Position numbers and translations under genes: made by a program
NCBI GenBank assembly: GCA_902766695.1
Contig: CACXEY010000275.1
Location: 1-36,230, forward strand
DNA from: an uncultured bacterium
GTDB taxonomy: Bacteria > Verrucomicrobiota > Kiritimatiellia > CAIQIC01 > Lenti-01
Reading direction: 5' to 3'
Length of the DNA: 36,230 bases
In this document: positions 1 through 8,948 of the stretch, piece after piece
Layout of the letters: every line of letters begins with the position of its first letter
Numbering within the stretch: position 1 is the first letter of the stretch
The notes under the pieces: generated by a model
Seen by the model: the letters and a program-made list of their open reading frames with translations, nothing else
Database searches by the model: none
What the model was told of the DNA's origin: nothing

Positions 1-1236
1 ACCGAGGGGGCCGGCCCCTCCAGCACGCACAGCATCGGGCCGCAGCGCGCGGCGCGCCACTTCCTGCGGTCGCTGGAAACGGCGCCGGCGCGCGTGCGCG
101 TGACGCTGTACGGCTCGCTCTCCGCGACCGGCCGCGGCCACTGGACCGACCGCACGGTCGTCCGCACGCTCGACCCCGTTCCGACGGAGGTCGTCTTCGA
201 CCGCTCCGACGCGCCGCTGCCGCACCCGAACACGATGAAGTTCGAGGCCATCGACGCCGCGGGCACCCCCTACCGCGAATGGACCGTCTGCTCCATCGGC
301 GGCGGCAACCTCCGCAACGCCGACGGCACGCCCGTGGAAACCGACGCGCTGCCCGTCGACTACCCCGTGACCGGCATCCAGGAAGCCATGACCTACTGCC
401 GCGCCAACGACATGCCCTTCTGGGGTCTCGTCGAGCAGACCGAGTCCGACCTCTGGCCGCGCCTCGAAGCCGTGTGGGACACCATGGAAGAAACCGTCCG
501 CCGCGGCCTCACCAGCCAGCAGATTATCCTCCCCGGCACCCTCGAACTCGCGCGCCGCGCGGGCGTCATCCACCACCGCGCCGAAGCCATGCAGGGGACC
601 GCGGGCGAACTCGGGCTCATCGCTTCGTATGCCCTCGCCGTCGCCGAAGAAAACGCCGCCGGCGGCCAGATCGTCACCGCCCCCTCCTGCGGCGCCGCCG
701 GGGTCGTCCCCGCCGTCCTCTACTTCTACAAGAACGTCCGCAAGCGCCCGCTCCGCGCCATCCTCGAAGCCCTGGCCACCGCCGGCCTCTTCGGCTCCTC
801 CATCCGCGCCAACGCCACCGTCTCCGGGGCCGAAGCCGGATGCCAGGCCGAGATCGGCTCCGCCTGCTCCATGGCCGCCGCCGCCGCCGCGCAGCTGATG
901 GGCGGCAGCCTGAGCCAGATCGAGTACGCCGCCGAGATGGCCATGGAACACAACCTCGGCCTCACCTGCGACCCCATCGAAGGCTACGTCCAGATCCCCT
1001 GCATCGAGCGCAACATGAACGCCGCCCTGCGCGCCGTCGAGACCGCGATCTTCGCGCTGATGACCGACGGCCGGCACCTGGTCGGCTTCGACGACGTCAT
1101 CGACGTCATGGCCTCGACCGGCCGCGACCTGCAGGCGGCCTACCGCGAAACCTCGACCGGCGGCCTGGCCAGCCTCTGGCGCCGCGACATCGAACAGCGC
1201 CTCGGCCTTGGCGCGAGAGGAAGGAGCCCCCGATGA
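1..1236 (+). CDS. sdaA: L-serine dehydratase (Fe-S dependent, single chain), 5' end lies outside the window
   Basis: Frame 1 is open from base 1 (TEGAGPSSTHSIGP, matching the GPSSSH motif). It also has LYGSLSATGRGH, IVTAPSCGAAGVVP, GCQAEIGSA, EHNLGLTCDP, VQIPCIERN and YRETSTGGL. Confidence 0.95.
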   Translation, partial: TEGAGPSSTHSIGPQRAARHFLRSLETAPARVRVTLYGSLSATGRGHWTDRTVVRTLDPVPTEVVFDRSDAPLPHPNTMKFEAIDAAGTPYREWTVCSIGGGNLRNADGTPVETDALPVDYPVTGIQEAMTYCRANDMPFWGLVEQTESDLWPRLEAVWDTMEETVRRGLTSQQIILPGTLELARRAGVIHHRAEAMQGTAGELGLIASYALAVAEENAAGGQIVTAPSCGAAGVVPAVLYFYKNVRKRPLRAILEALATAGLFGSSIRANATVSGAEAGCQAEIGSACSMAAAAAAQLMGGSLSQIEYAAEMAMEHNLGLTCDPIEGYVQIPCIERNMNAALRAVETAIFALMTDGRHLVGFDDVIDVMASTGRDLQAAYRETSTGGLASLWRRDIEQRLGLGARGRSPR

Positions 1237-2213
1237 ACACCCCCGCCGACACCCCCGCACCCGCCCCGTCCCCCGCCCCGTCCCCCGCGCGCCCCGCCGC
1301 GCCGCCCTTCGTCTGGTCCTTCGCGCGCCACGAAACCTTCCAGACGTGCCTCCGCCGCTACTGGTACTCCTACTACGGCGCGTGGGGCGGCTGGCGCGCC
1401 GACGCCCCGGCCACCGTCCGCGAGCTCTACCGCCTGAAACGCCTCTTCACCCGCCAGCAATGGACCGGCCGCCACATCCACCAGGCCCTCGACCGCCTCG
1501 TCACCCACCACATCGCCGAGCCGGCTTCGCCGGCCGAACTCGCCGCGCGCGCCGCTTCCCGCGAACTCGACTTCATGCGCGACGAATTCCGCGATTCGAG
1601 AGCCGAGGCCGTGCAGCCCCCGCAGGCCGCCATGTCCGGGCTTTTCGAACACGAATACCGCATCGACGTCCCCCTCCTCGAATGGAAAGCCGCCGCCGAC
1701 CGCGTCGCCGCCGCCGTCACCGCCTTCTGCTCCTCCCCTCTCTGGCAGCACCTGCGGGCATTGCCCGAAGGCGCCATCCTGCCGATCGACCGCAAGACCA
1801 CGTTCGAGATCGACGGCCTGGCCGTCCGCGCCCTTCCCGACCTGGCCTTCCGCGACGGCGGGATCCTGCACCTCTACGACTGGAAGTCCGACCGGCTTCC
1901 CCTCGCCGAACACCGCCTCGAACTCGGAACCTACCTCCTGCTCGCCCTCGGCCGCTGGACCGACGACCCCTCCCAGGTCCGCGCCACCGCCTGCAATCCG
2001 GCAACCGGCGAGACCGCCGATTTCACCTACACCGCGGATGAAATCGAAGACATCCGCAGTTTCGTCCGCGACAGCGCCGAAGAGATGCTCTTCCCGCTGG
2101 ATGACCCCGCGCACAACCTGGCGCCGACGCCCGATTCCTTCGACTGCACCGCCGCCCCGGCTTCCTGCACCGACTGCCCCTTCCTCCGCGCCTGTCCCCG
2201 CTGGCACCGCTGA
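1233..2213 (+). CDS. PD-(D/E)xK nuclease family protein (RecB/AddB/Cas4-like, probable 4Fe-4S cluster)
   Basis: AAGGAG then ATG overlapping the sdaA stop (ATGA). N-terminal WSF...FQTCLRRYW, core ALPDLAF...LYDWKS, C-terminal CxxCxxxxxC (CTDCPFLRAC). Confidence 0.8.
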   Translation: MNTPADTPAPAPSPAPSPARPAAPPFVWSFARHETFQTCLRRYWYSYYGAWGGWRADAPATVRELYRLKRLFTRQQWTGRHIHQALDRLVTHHIAEPASPAELAARAASRELDFMRDEFRDSRAEAVQPPQAAMSGLFEHEYRIDVPLLEWKAAADRVAAAVTAFCSSPLWQHLRALPEGAILPIDRKTTFEIDGLAVRALPDLAFRDGGILHLYDWKSDRLPLAEHRLELGTYLLLALGRWTDDPSQVRATACNPATGETADFTYTADEIEDIRSFVRDSAEEMLFPLDDPAHNLAPTPDSFDCTAAPASCTDCPFLRACPRWHR

Positions 2214-2270
2214 GCGAATCGGCGGCAGCTCCCTCTCCCGGCCCTTCCGGCCCGTCTGTCCGAACCGTTT

Positions 2271-2286
2271 TGAGATTACGGAAAAC
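2271..2286 (+). repeat. Intergenic 16-mer TGAGATTACGGAAAAC, copy 1
   Basis: Exact copies at 6384-6399 and 20625-20640. Here it runs into the hairpin GGAAAACC-cgcc-GGTTTTCC. Confidence 0.85.
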
Positions 2287-2361
2287 CCGCCGGTTTTCCT
2301 TTGTTTTCCATCATCCTTCCGCCCATGAACGTTTTTCGCGGCGGCCCGGGACCGGTGTACG

Positions 2362-2389
2362 AAAAACCCCGGCGCGAGGCCGGGGTTTT
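2362..2389 (-). terminator. Rho-independent terminator of rplM-rpsI (probably bidirectional)
   Basis: AAAAACCCCGGC-GCGAG-GCCGGGGTTTT stem-loop with A/T tracts on both sides, between convergent genes. Confidence 0.8.
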
Positions 2390-2413
2390 GGTGCGTTGCC
2401 GCTGGATGGCGGA

Positions 2414-2818
2414 TCAGCGTTTCGAGAACTGGAAGCGACGGCGGGCGCCGGGCTGGCCGGGCTTCTTGCGTTCCTTCATGCGAGGGTCGCGGGTGAGGAA
2501 TCCGGCCTTCTTGAGGACGGCGCGGAAGTTCTCGTCCACCTGGATCAGCGCGCGCGCGATGCCGTGCCGCAGGGCGCCGGCCTGGCCGACCGCGCCGCCG
2601 CCGACGCACTTGGCGATGACGTCGTACTGGCCCATGGCTTCAAGCGCCTTGAACGGGGCTTCGACGAGCAGCTGCACGTCGGTGGTGGGGAAGTAGTCGG
2701 CGAAGGCGCGTCCGTTGACGGTGATGGTCCCGTCGCCCTTGAACAGGCGGACCTGGGCGATGGCGGTCTTGCGGCGACCGGTGGCGAGGTATTCGATTTC
2801 GGGTTTCTTCGTGGCCAT
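2414..2818 (-). CDS. rpsI: 30S ribosomal protein S9
   Basis: ATGRRKTAIAQV, GGGAVGQAGALRHGIARAL, LTRDPRMKERKKPG, C-terminal QFSKR. AGGAG ribosome-binding site. Confidence 0.98.
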   Translation of the reverse strand: MATKKPEIEYLATGRRKTAIAQVRLFKGDGTITVNGRAFADYFPTTDVQLLVEAPFKALEAMGQYDVIAKCVGGGAVGQAGALRHGIARALIQVDENFRAVLKKAGFLTRDPRMKERKKPGQPGARRRFQFSKR

Positions 2819-2830
2819 GGTCGTTCTCCT

Positions 2831-3256
2831 TTAGCCAATGACTTCGGGGTTCTGGGCGGCGTGGGGATGCTCGGCGCCGGCGTAGGTCTTCAGGCGCTTG
2901 ATGAGCTGGCGGCTGAGACGGTTCTTCGGCAACATGCCGCGGACGGCGTGGACGAGGATGTAGCCGGGATCCTTCGCGCGGATCTTCTCGGCGGGCGTCT
3001 CGGTCAGGCCGCTCTGGTAGCGGGTGTACTTGGCGTAGGTCTTGCCGGTTTCCTTGCGGCCAGTGAGCTTGATCTTCGAGCAGTTGGTCACGACGACGAA
3101 ATCGCCCATGTCGATGTGGGGCGTGTAGTCGGGCTTGCCGCGGCCGCGGAGCAGGCGGCAGACGTCGACGGCCAGGCGGCCGGCGGGCTTGTCGGTGGCA
3201 TCGATCAGATACCACTTGTGGATGACTTCGGATTCTTTCGGTTGGGTTGTTTTCAT
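2831..3256 (-). CDS. rplM: 50S ribosomal protein L13
   Basis: MKTTQPK...KWYLIDA...GRLA...KPDYTPHIDMGDFVVVTN...VRGMLPKN...HPHAAQNP. Start taken at ATG 3256; canonical rplM-rpsI order. Confidence 0.97.
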   Translation of the reverse strand: MKTTQPKESEVIHKWYLIDATDKPAGRLAVDVCRLLRGRGKPDYTPHIDMGDFVVVTNCSKIKLTGRKETGKTYAKYTRYQSGLTETPAEKIRAKDPGYILVHAVRGMLPKNRLSRQLIKRLKTYAGAEHPHAAQNPEVIG

Positions 3257-3463
3257 GGTTCTGGCTTTCTGCGCGGCGTGCCGGGGCGCCCTGAAAAGCG
3301 GCGGCGCGGTGCGCGCGGTTTGCTGCGAAACAACCTCGTGCCGGAGGGATCGGTTTTTTCCGGCGGGCGGAGGCCTTTCCGCCGTCCGTTGCATCGGGAA
3401 CGCTCCTTTTTGCGGTTCGGCTGCCGATTACCGTCGGCGGCCTTGCCCGGAAGACAGAAAGAA

Positions 3464-3538
3464 TGGCTCCAGCGGCAGGGCTCGAACCTGCAACCTATTG
3501 GTTAACAGCCAACCGCTCTACCATTGAGCTACGCTGGA
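3464..3538 (-). tRNA. tRNA-Asn (GTT)
   Basis: Reverse complement is TCCAGCGTAGCTCAATGGTAGAGCGGTTGGCTGTTAACCAATAGGTTGCAGGTTCGAGCCCTGCCGCTGGAGCCA: cloverleaf, GTT anticodon, GGTTCGA T-loop, encoded CCA. Confidence 0.97.
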
Positions 3539-3555
3539 ACCGGGAATTGGCGGCC

Positions 3556-3583
3556 ACTATACCCGTCCGCCCGGAAAGGTCAA
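3556..3583 (-). promoter_or_regulatory. Sigma70-type promoter for tRNA-Asn (possibly also rplM-rpsI)
   Basis: TTGACC-16 nt-TATAGT followed by a GC-rich discriminator just upstream of the tRNA. Confidence 0.7.
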
Positions 3584-3667
3584 GCCGCTTTTTCATCCTT
3601 TTTCGTCCCGCCCGCCGCGGCTTGGCCGGCGGGAGAATCCGCCCGGCCGGGGATGGCGATTTTTCCG

Positions 3668-3696
3668 TTGCGCGGTGCGCGGCAATGTTTTACCGT
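3668..3696 (+). promoter_or_regulatory. Putative promoter giving a leaderless mRNA
   Basis: TTGCGC-17 nt-TACCGT-7 nt-ATG(3704); no Shine-Dalgarno sequence. Confidence 0.4.
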
Positions 3697-3703
3697 AGAA
3701 ATC

Positions 3704-6337
3704 ATGGAACGGCGAAGTTTCAACGTAGAAACATCCCGCGGCGGCACCCCGGCCCGTGGCGTCCTGCGCGCGCTGGCGATGGCGGCGGCGGTGACGGCGC
3801 TTGCGGTGGCGTTCACGTGGCCGCTGGCGCGCTGCGGCGCGGGGCGGGGCATCGTCTACACGGCGTTCCAGCGCGGCGCGGGCGGACCGCGCACGATGGT
3901 GCCCGGCGACCACCTCCAGTTCCTCTACCACCTCTGGCTGGCGCAGGACACCTTCGCGGGGCGGACGCCGCTTTTCACCAATCCCTACGAATTCAACGAG
4001 GGCGACGACGCCTCCCGCCGGATGGTCTCGACCTACTACCTCCCCTTTTCCGCGTTCTCCGGGGTCGCGGCGTCTCTGACGAGCAGCCGCGCGGCGGGAT
4101 GGAACTTCGCCGTCTGGATGTCGCTCTGGCTGACGGGGCTCGCCTCGTGGGCGCTGGCGCGCCGGTTCGTGGCCTCGGAGTGGGCGGCGGGGGCGCTGGC
4201 GCTGGTGCCGGTGGCGTTCCCGTACGCGTGGGCGAACCTGCTGAGCGGGAGTCCGACGGGCTTCGCGCTGATGTGGGTCCCGCTGCTCCTCTGGGGCCTG
4301 GACCGCTGGGCGGCGGACGCTTCTCCCGCGGGCGCGGCCTGGGCGGGGGCGGCGGTGTTCTTCTCGTCGTGGTGCGACACGCACGTGTTCTTCTTTTCGG
4401 TGCTGGCGGCGCCCGCGTGGACGCTCTTCGCGTGGTTCCGCGGGGCGGGCTTCCGATGGCCGTCGCGCCGCGAGTGGGCGGGGCGGCTGAAGGCGGCTTG
4501 GCCGCTGGGCGTCTTCGCCCTGCTGGTGGCGTTGCAGGCGTGGACGCTCGGCCACGGCCTGAAGGACAGTGCGGTGGCCGCGGGGCGCAGCACGGACGAA
4601 GTCGCCCTCTTCTCGGTCCCCCTCTCCGGCCTTTGGCGCGAGGGCGGTCTCGCGAAAACCTACCTCGGCCTTCCCGCGCTCGCTTGCGCCGCCCTGTTCG
4701 CCGTGCTGGGCCTGGCGGGGCTCCGGCGCCGCGGCGGGCGGCGCGACGCGGTCCTGCTGCTGGCCTTGCTGGCGGGCATGACGGCGCTCGCGTGGCTCGC
4801 CTCGGGCCCCGCCGCGCCGGGCGGCTGTCTCCTCCGCCGTACGCTCGTCGCCGCCATCCCCCCGTACGCGATGATCCGCCAGGCCGACAAGATCTTCTGC
4901 CTGATGCCCGTCCTCGCCATGGTCGCCTGCGCGCTCGGATTGCGCCTCCTGCCCGCGGCGCGCGGGTTGCGGACGGCGATCGTCCTCCTTCTGGCGACCG
5001 CCGTCGGCATCACCTGGGCGCGCCGCCACGTGCCGGGCATCTGCCTTCTCGACGCCGGGCAGGGCGCGTACGCCGCAGTCGCCGCCGATGCCGCCGCGCG
5101 GGGCGCGGAACCCCACGCCGTCGCGCTGCCGCTCTGGCCGGGCGACTCACATCTCTCGTCGGTCTACCAGCACGACGCCTCCCTCTACCGCATCCGGATG
5201 CTCAACGGCTACCGCCCCACCGTCCGCCGGCCCTACTTCGAACGCATCTTCCTGTCCCTCGAATCCGTCAACCTCGGATGGCCCTCCGCCGGCCAGCTCC
5301 GCCTGCTGCGCGAGTGCCGCGTCGGATACATCCTCTTCCACGAAGACGTCTTTCCCGAGAAGGCCGGCTCCTTCCCCTCCGGCACCACGCTCGCCAACCT
5401 GCTGCGGCATCCGCGGTTGCAGTTCCTCGCGCGGGACCGCGGGGTGTGGGCGTTCCGGATCCTGGAGCCCCCGGAGGAACCGGAATCCCTGGACAAACCG
5501 GATTTCCCGTTCCTCCCCGTCCTGTTCCCCGTCCGCGCCTGGAACTGGAAAAACGGCATTCCCCCCGACACTCCCGGCACCGAAATCCTTCCCGGCCCCG
5601 CCGCTTCCGCCGACGCGTGGCTCCGCGTCCGCGAGACCGCACCCGCCGTCACCGGCCGCTGCTTCCGCGTCGCGGGCCCCTGGGCGTGGGAGTGGCGTTT
5701 CCGGGCGCGCGGCCATGCCACCCTCGAATGGACCACTTGCGACGACACCGCCCCCGCCTCCGCGTGCACCTTCGACATCGACGTTCCCGACTGGACGTGG
5801 TACGCCGTCCCCGCGACCCTCCCCGCGGATTCCGGCGCCGACCCCGGCGCCGCGCACGAACTCTCCCCGGCGTTCCGCATCCTCTCCGGCGAAGCCGACA
5901 TGGACGCCGTCCTCCTGAGCTCGCGTTTCTCCTTCCCGCCCGCTGACTCCGGCAGCGCCGTCGACCTGCCCGCCGTCGCGTTCTTCCGCGGGGGCTGCAC
6001 CGACCCGGCCGACGGCTCCGTCACCTTCACTCCCGGCGACACCCCGGCCGGCGAGGCGCTCCACGCCGAGCATCTGCCTCTCGCGCCCGGCCCCCTGCGC
6101 ATCCGCCTCGACGCCGACACCCCGGCCCCCGGCGGCACGCCCCTCGGAACCCTCTCCATCCGCATCGGAAGCGGTCCGACCGCCGTCTCCGCTTCCTGCC
6201 CCGTCCTGGCGGGCGCCCCCGCCGAACTGGCGCTCGACGTCCCCGACAACCGTTTCTTCCGTCTCTCCTTCCAGTACTCCTGCACTGCCCCCTGCACCAT
6301 CCGCTGCATCCGATTCGAACACCCCGCCGGCGAGTGA
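3704..6337 (+). CDS. Polytopic membrane protein with periplasmic C-terminal domains, probable GT-C-fold (YfhO-like) glycosyltransferase
   Basis: N-terminal TM followed by a PGDHLQFLYHLW...LFTNPYEFN loop, many hydrophobic helices, a RMLNGYRP motif and a beta-rich tail. Lies upstream of glf and a GT4 gene. Confidence 0.55.
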   Translation: MERRSFNVETSRGGTPARGVLRALAMAAAVTALAVAFTWPLARCGAGRGIVYTAFQRGAGGPRTMVPGDHLQFLYHLWLAQDTFAGRTPLFTNPYEFNEGDDASRRMVSTYYLPFSAFSGVAASLTSSRAAGWNFAVWMSLWLTGLASWALARRFVASEWAAGALALVPVAFPYAWANLLSGSPTGFALMWVPLLLWGLDRWAADASPAGAAWAGAAVFFSSWCDTHVFFFSVLAAPAWTLFAWFRGAGFRWPSRREWAGRLKAAWPLGVFALLVALQAWTLGHGLKDSAVAAGRSTDEVALFSVPLSGLWREGGLAKTYLGLPALACAALFAVLGLAGLRRRGGRRDAVLLLALLAGMTALAWLASGPAAPGGCLLRRTLVAAIPPYAMIRQADKIFCLMPVLAMVACALGLRLLPAARGLRTAIVLLLATAVGITWARRHVPGICLLDAGQGAYAAVAADAAARGAEPHAVALPLWPGDSHLSSVYQHDASLYRIRMLNGYRPTVRRPYFERIFLSLESVNLGWPSAGQLRLLRECRVGYILFHEDVFPEKAGSFPSGTTLANLLRHPRLQFLARDRGVWAFRILEPPEEPESLDKPDFPFLPVLFPVRAWNWKNGIPPDTPGTEILPGPAASADAWLRVRETAPAVTGRCFRVAGPWAWEWRFRARGHATLEWTTCDDTAPASACTFDIDVPDWTWYAVPATLPADSGADPGAAHELSPAFRILSGEADMDAVLLSSRFSFPPADSGSAVDLPAVAFFRGGCTDPADGSVTFTPGDTPAGEALHAEHLPLAPGPLRIRLDADTPAPGGTPLGTLSIRIGSGPTAVSASCPVLAGAPAELALDVPDNRFFRLSFQYSCTAPCTIRCIRFEHPAGE

Positions 6338-6383
6338 CCGCCCTCCCTTGTCCGCCCTCGCCGCCCCTGTCCGGAAACACATT

Positions 6384-6399
6384 TGAGATTACGGAAAAC
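6384..6399 (+). repeat. Intergenic 16-mer TGAGATTACGGAAAAC, copy 2
   Basis: Exact match to 2271-2286 and 20625-20640. Confidence 0.85.
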
Positions 6400-6505
6400 C
6401 ACCCGTGTTTCCGCATGTTTCCATGCATGGTTCTCGCCCATGAAGATACCGGCCGCGGCCCTCCCGCCGCCCTCCCTCCTTTCTCCGTGATCCCGCGATT
6501 GCGGT

Positions 6506-6534
6506 TTGACGCCCGCGCCGCGGCCCGCTACGCT
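6506..6534 (+). promoter_or_regulatory. Putative promoter for glf (near-leaderless)
   Basis: TTGACG-17 nt-TACGCT, 8 nt before ATG 6543; no Shine-Dalgarno sequence. Confidence 0.5.
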
Positions 6535-6542
6535 GTGGCCCC

Positions 6543-7703
6543 ATGAACACGAATGCGATGGAACAACCCGTGGTGATCGTCGGCGCCGGCTTCTACGGCG
6601 CGGTGATGGCGGAGCGGTTCGCGAGCGCGGGCCGCCGCGTCCTGGTGCTGGACAAGCGGCCCCACGTCGGCGGCAACAGCTGGTCGCGGCCCGACCCGGA
6701 CACCGGCGTCGAGGAGCACGTGTACGGCCCGCACATCTTCCACACCTCCGACGAGACGGTCTGGGAGTACGCAAACCGCTTCACGACCTTCAACGGCTAC
6801 CGCCACACCGTCTGGGCGCGCCGCCGCGGCAAAATCTATCCGCTCCCCTTCGGCCTGGCCGCGATCAACCTCCTCCTCGGCCGCTCGATGGGCCCCGCCG
6901 AGGCCCGCGCGTGGGTGGCGGATGAAGTCGCCCGCGAAGGCATCTCCGAGCCGCGCAACCTCGAAGAAAAGGCTCTGTCGCTCGTCGGCCGCACCCTCTA
7001 CGACGCCTTCGTCAAGGAATACACCGAAAAGCACTGGGGCCGCCCCGCCACCGAGCTGCCCGCCTACATCATCACGCGCCTGCCCCTCCGCTGGACCTTC
7101 GACACCAACTACTACTCCTCCCGCCGCCAGGGCATCCCGACCGACGGCTACGGCGCCTGGTTCCGCCGCATGCTCGCGCACCCGAACATCGAACTGCGCC
7201 TCTCCACCGACTACTTCGACGTCCGCGGCACCCTCCCCGCCGGCGCCCCGCTGATCTACACCGGCCCCATCGACCGCTTCTTCGGCTACAAGCACGGCCG
7301 CCTCGGCTGGCGCAGCGTCCGGTGGGAAAAGGAAGTCAAGGACACGCCGAACTGGCAGGGCACCGCCTCCATCAACGAGTGCGACGGCTCGACGCCCTGG
7401 ACGCGCATCCACGAATACCGCCACTTCACTCCCGAACGCGACTTCGAAAAAACCGTCATCCACCACGAGTACTCCTTCGCGCCCGGTCCCGACGACGACT
7501 GCGACTACCCCATCGGCACGCCCGACGACAACAAGATTCTGGCCGCCTACCGCGAAGAAGCCCGCCAGACCTGTCCCGACGTGGTGTTCGGCGGCCGCCT
7601 CGGACAGTACTCCTATCTGGACATGGACAAGGCCATCGCGGCGGCACTGGAAGAATTCGACCGCCTGCAATCGTCCGCGCCCCGGGAGCCGGCGAAGGCA
7701 TGA
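6543..7703 (+). CDS. glf: UDP-galactopyranose mutase
   Basis: VIVGAGFYG, HVGGN, HVYGPHIFHT, YTEKHWG, QGIPTDGY, YTGPID, TRIHEYRHF, GGRLGQYSYLDMD. Alternative start at 6558. Confidence 0.95.
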   Translation: MNTNAMEQPVVIVGAGFYGAVMAERFASAGRRVLVLDKRPHVGGNSWSRPDPDTGVEEHVYGPHIFHTSDETVWEYANRFTTFNGYRHTVWARRRGKIYPLPFGLAAINLLLGRSMGPAEARAWVADEVAREGISEPRNLEEKALSLVGRTLYDAFVKEYTEKHWGRPATELPAYIITRLPLRWTFDTNYYSSRRQGIPTDGYGAWFRRMLAHPNIELRLSTDYFDVRGTLPAGAPLIYTGPIDRFFGYKHGRLGWRSVRWEKEVKDTPNWQGTASINECDGSTPWTRIHEYRHFTPERDFEKTVIHHEYSFAPGPDDDCDYPIGTPDDNKILAAYREEARQTCPDVVFGGRLGQYSYLDMDKAIAAALEEFDRLQSSAPREPAKA

Positions 7704-8869
7704 CGGCCGGCCGCCGCCCCAGCATAACCTTCGTGGTCCACGACCTCGGGGCCAACTACATCGGCCCGGTCGTGCGGATGGCCCGCTACCTCCAGCCCGA
7801 GTTCGACGTCCAGATCGCCGGTCCGTGCCTGTGGGGCGAACCCAACGCCATGTACCGGCGCGAATTCCCCTTCACCGTCGTCGACGCCCCGCGCATCTAC
7901 CGCTTCCCCGACTTCTTCGCCGGCGTCCGCAAACTGGCCGACGCCGCGACCGGCGACCTCCTCGTCGTCATGAAAGCCTTCGCGCCGGCCCTCCCCGCCG
8001 CGCTTTATGACAAGCGCCGCCGCGGCGCGCGCGTCGCCGTCTACCTCGACGAATGGGACGGCGCCACCCCCGCCGCCTGGACGCCCCGCGAACGCCTCCG
8101 TCGGTTGGCGCACGACTGGATGCATCCCTGCGACGACCTCTGGACCCCCTGGTGGGAGCGGCGCCTCAAGCAAGCCGACCTCGTCCTCGGCACCACCACC
8201 TTCCTCGAAAAGAAGTTCGGCGCCGTCCGCTACGACCTCGGCGCCGACACCACCTTCTTCCGCCCCCAGCCCCCCGACGCCACCGCCGCCCTCAAGCGCG
8301 AACTCGGACTCGACGGCGCCCGCCTGCTCGTCTTCGGCGGCGTCGCCCGCGCCCACAAGGGCCTCGAAACCTTCGCCGCCGCCGTCGCTTCCATGCCCGA
8401 TTCCGACAACTGGCGCCTACTGCTCGCCGGCCCGAACAATGACTGCACCGACGCCCTCGTCCGCGACCCCGCCTACCGCGGCCGCATCCATTGCACCGGC
8501 GCCATCCCCCATCCCGACATGCCCAAATACCTTGCCCTCGCCGACGTCCTCGCCGTCCCCCTCGGCACCGGCCTCATGGCCTCCTCCCAGATGCCCTGCA
8601 AAGTCTACGAAGCGATGGCGATGGAGAAACCAGTCCTGGCGAGCGCCGTCAGCGACGTCCCCGCCGTCCTTGACGGCTGCGGCTGGACCGTCCCCCCCGG
8701 CGACCCCGCAGCCGTCGCCGCCGCCCTCCGCGAGATTTCCGCGGAACCCGCCGCGGCCGCCCGCCGCGCCGCCGCCGCGCGCGCCCGGGCCGTTGCCGAA
8801 TACGACTCCACCGTCGCCGCCGCGCGGTTGCGCGGGCTCTTGCGGCCCCTCCTTGCCGGGGGAGAATGA
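7700..8869 (+). CDS. Glycosyltransferase family 4 (GT-B)
   Basis: ATGA overlap with glf. FGGVARAHKGLE, ADVLAVP, PCKVYEAMAMEKPVLASAVSD, GWTVPPGD. Confidence 0.9.
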   Translation: MTAGRRPSITFVVHDLGANYIGPVVRMARYLQPEFDVQIAGPCLWGEPNAMYRREFPFTVVDAPRIYRFPDFFAGVRKLADAATGDLLVVMKAFAPALPAALYDKRRRGARVAVYLDEWDGATPAAWTPRERLRRLAHDWMHPCDDLWTPWWERRLKQADLVLGTTTFLEKKFGAVRYDLGADTTFFRPQPPDATAALKRELGLDGARLLVFGGVARAHKGLETFAAAVASMPDSDNWRLLLAGPNNDCTDALVRDPAYRGRIHCTGAIPHPDMPKYLALADVLAVPLGTGLMASSQMPCKVYEAMAMEKPVLASAVSDVPAVLDGCGWTVPPGDPAAVAAALREISAEPAAAARRAAAARARAVAEYDSTVAAARLRGLLRPLLAGGE

Positions 8870-8938
8870 CTTGCGACTTGCGACTTGCGACTTGAGGGGA
8901 CCCGGCAATCAAGTCGCAAGTCGCAAGTCGCCAAGTCG
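8868..8938. repeat. Inverted heptamer arrays (GACTTGC)n...(CAAGTCG)n forming a long hairpin between convergent genes
   Basis: About 4 x GACTTGC at 8868-8894 and about 4 x CAAGTCG at 8910-8938. Confidence 0.9.
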
Positions 8939-8948
8939 TTTCCCCCCT

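Noticed and set aside
3257-3394. N-terminal extension of L13, and similar upstream extensions of ORFs at 11087, 14626, 31450, 34417 and 34300
   Set aside because: Family homology and/or ribosome-binding sites point to downstream ATGs; the 31450 and 34417 ATGs overlap the predicted -10 box.
3464-3538. tRNA-Asn as the integration site of an island
   Set aside because: No duplicated tRNA 3' end and no integrase seen; the downstream genes are rplM-rpsI.
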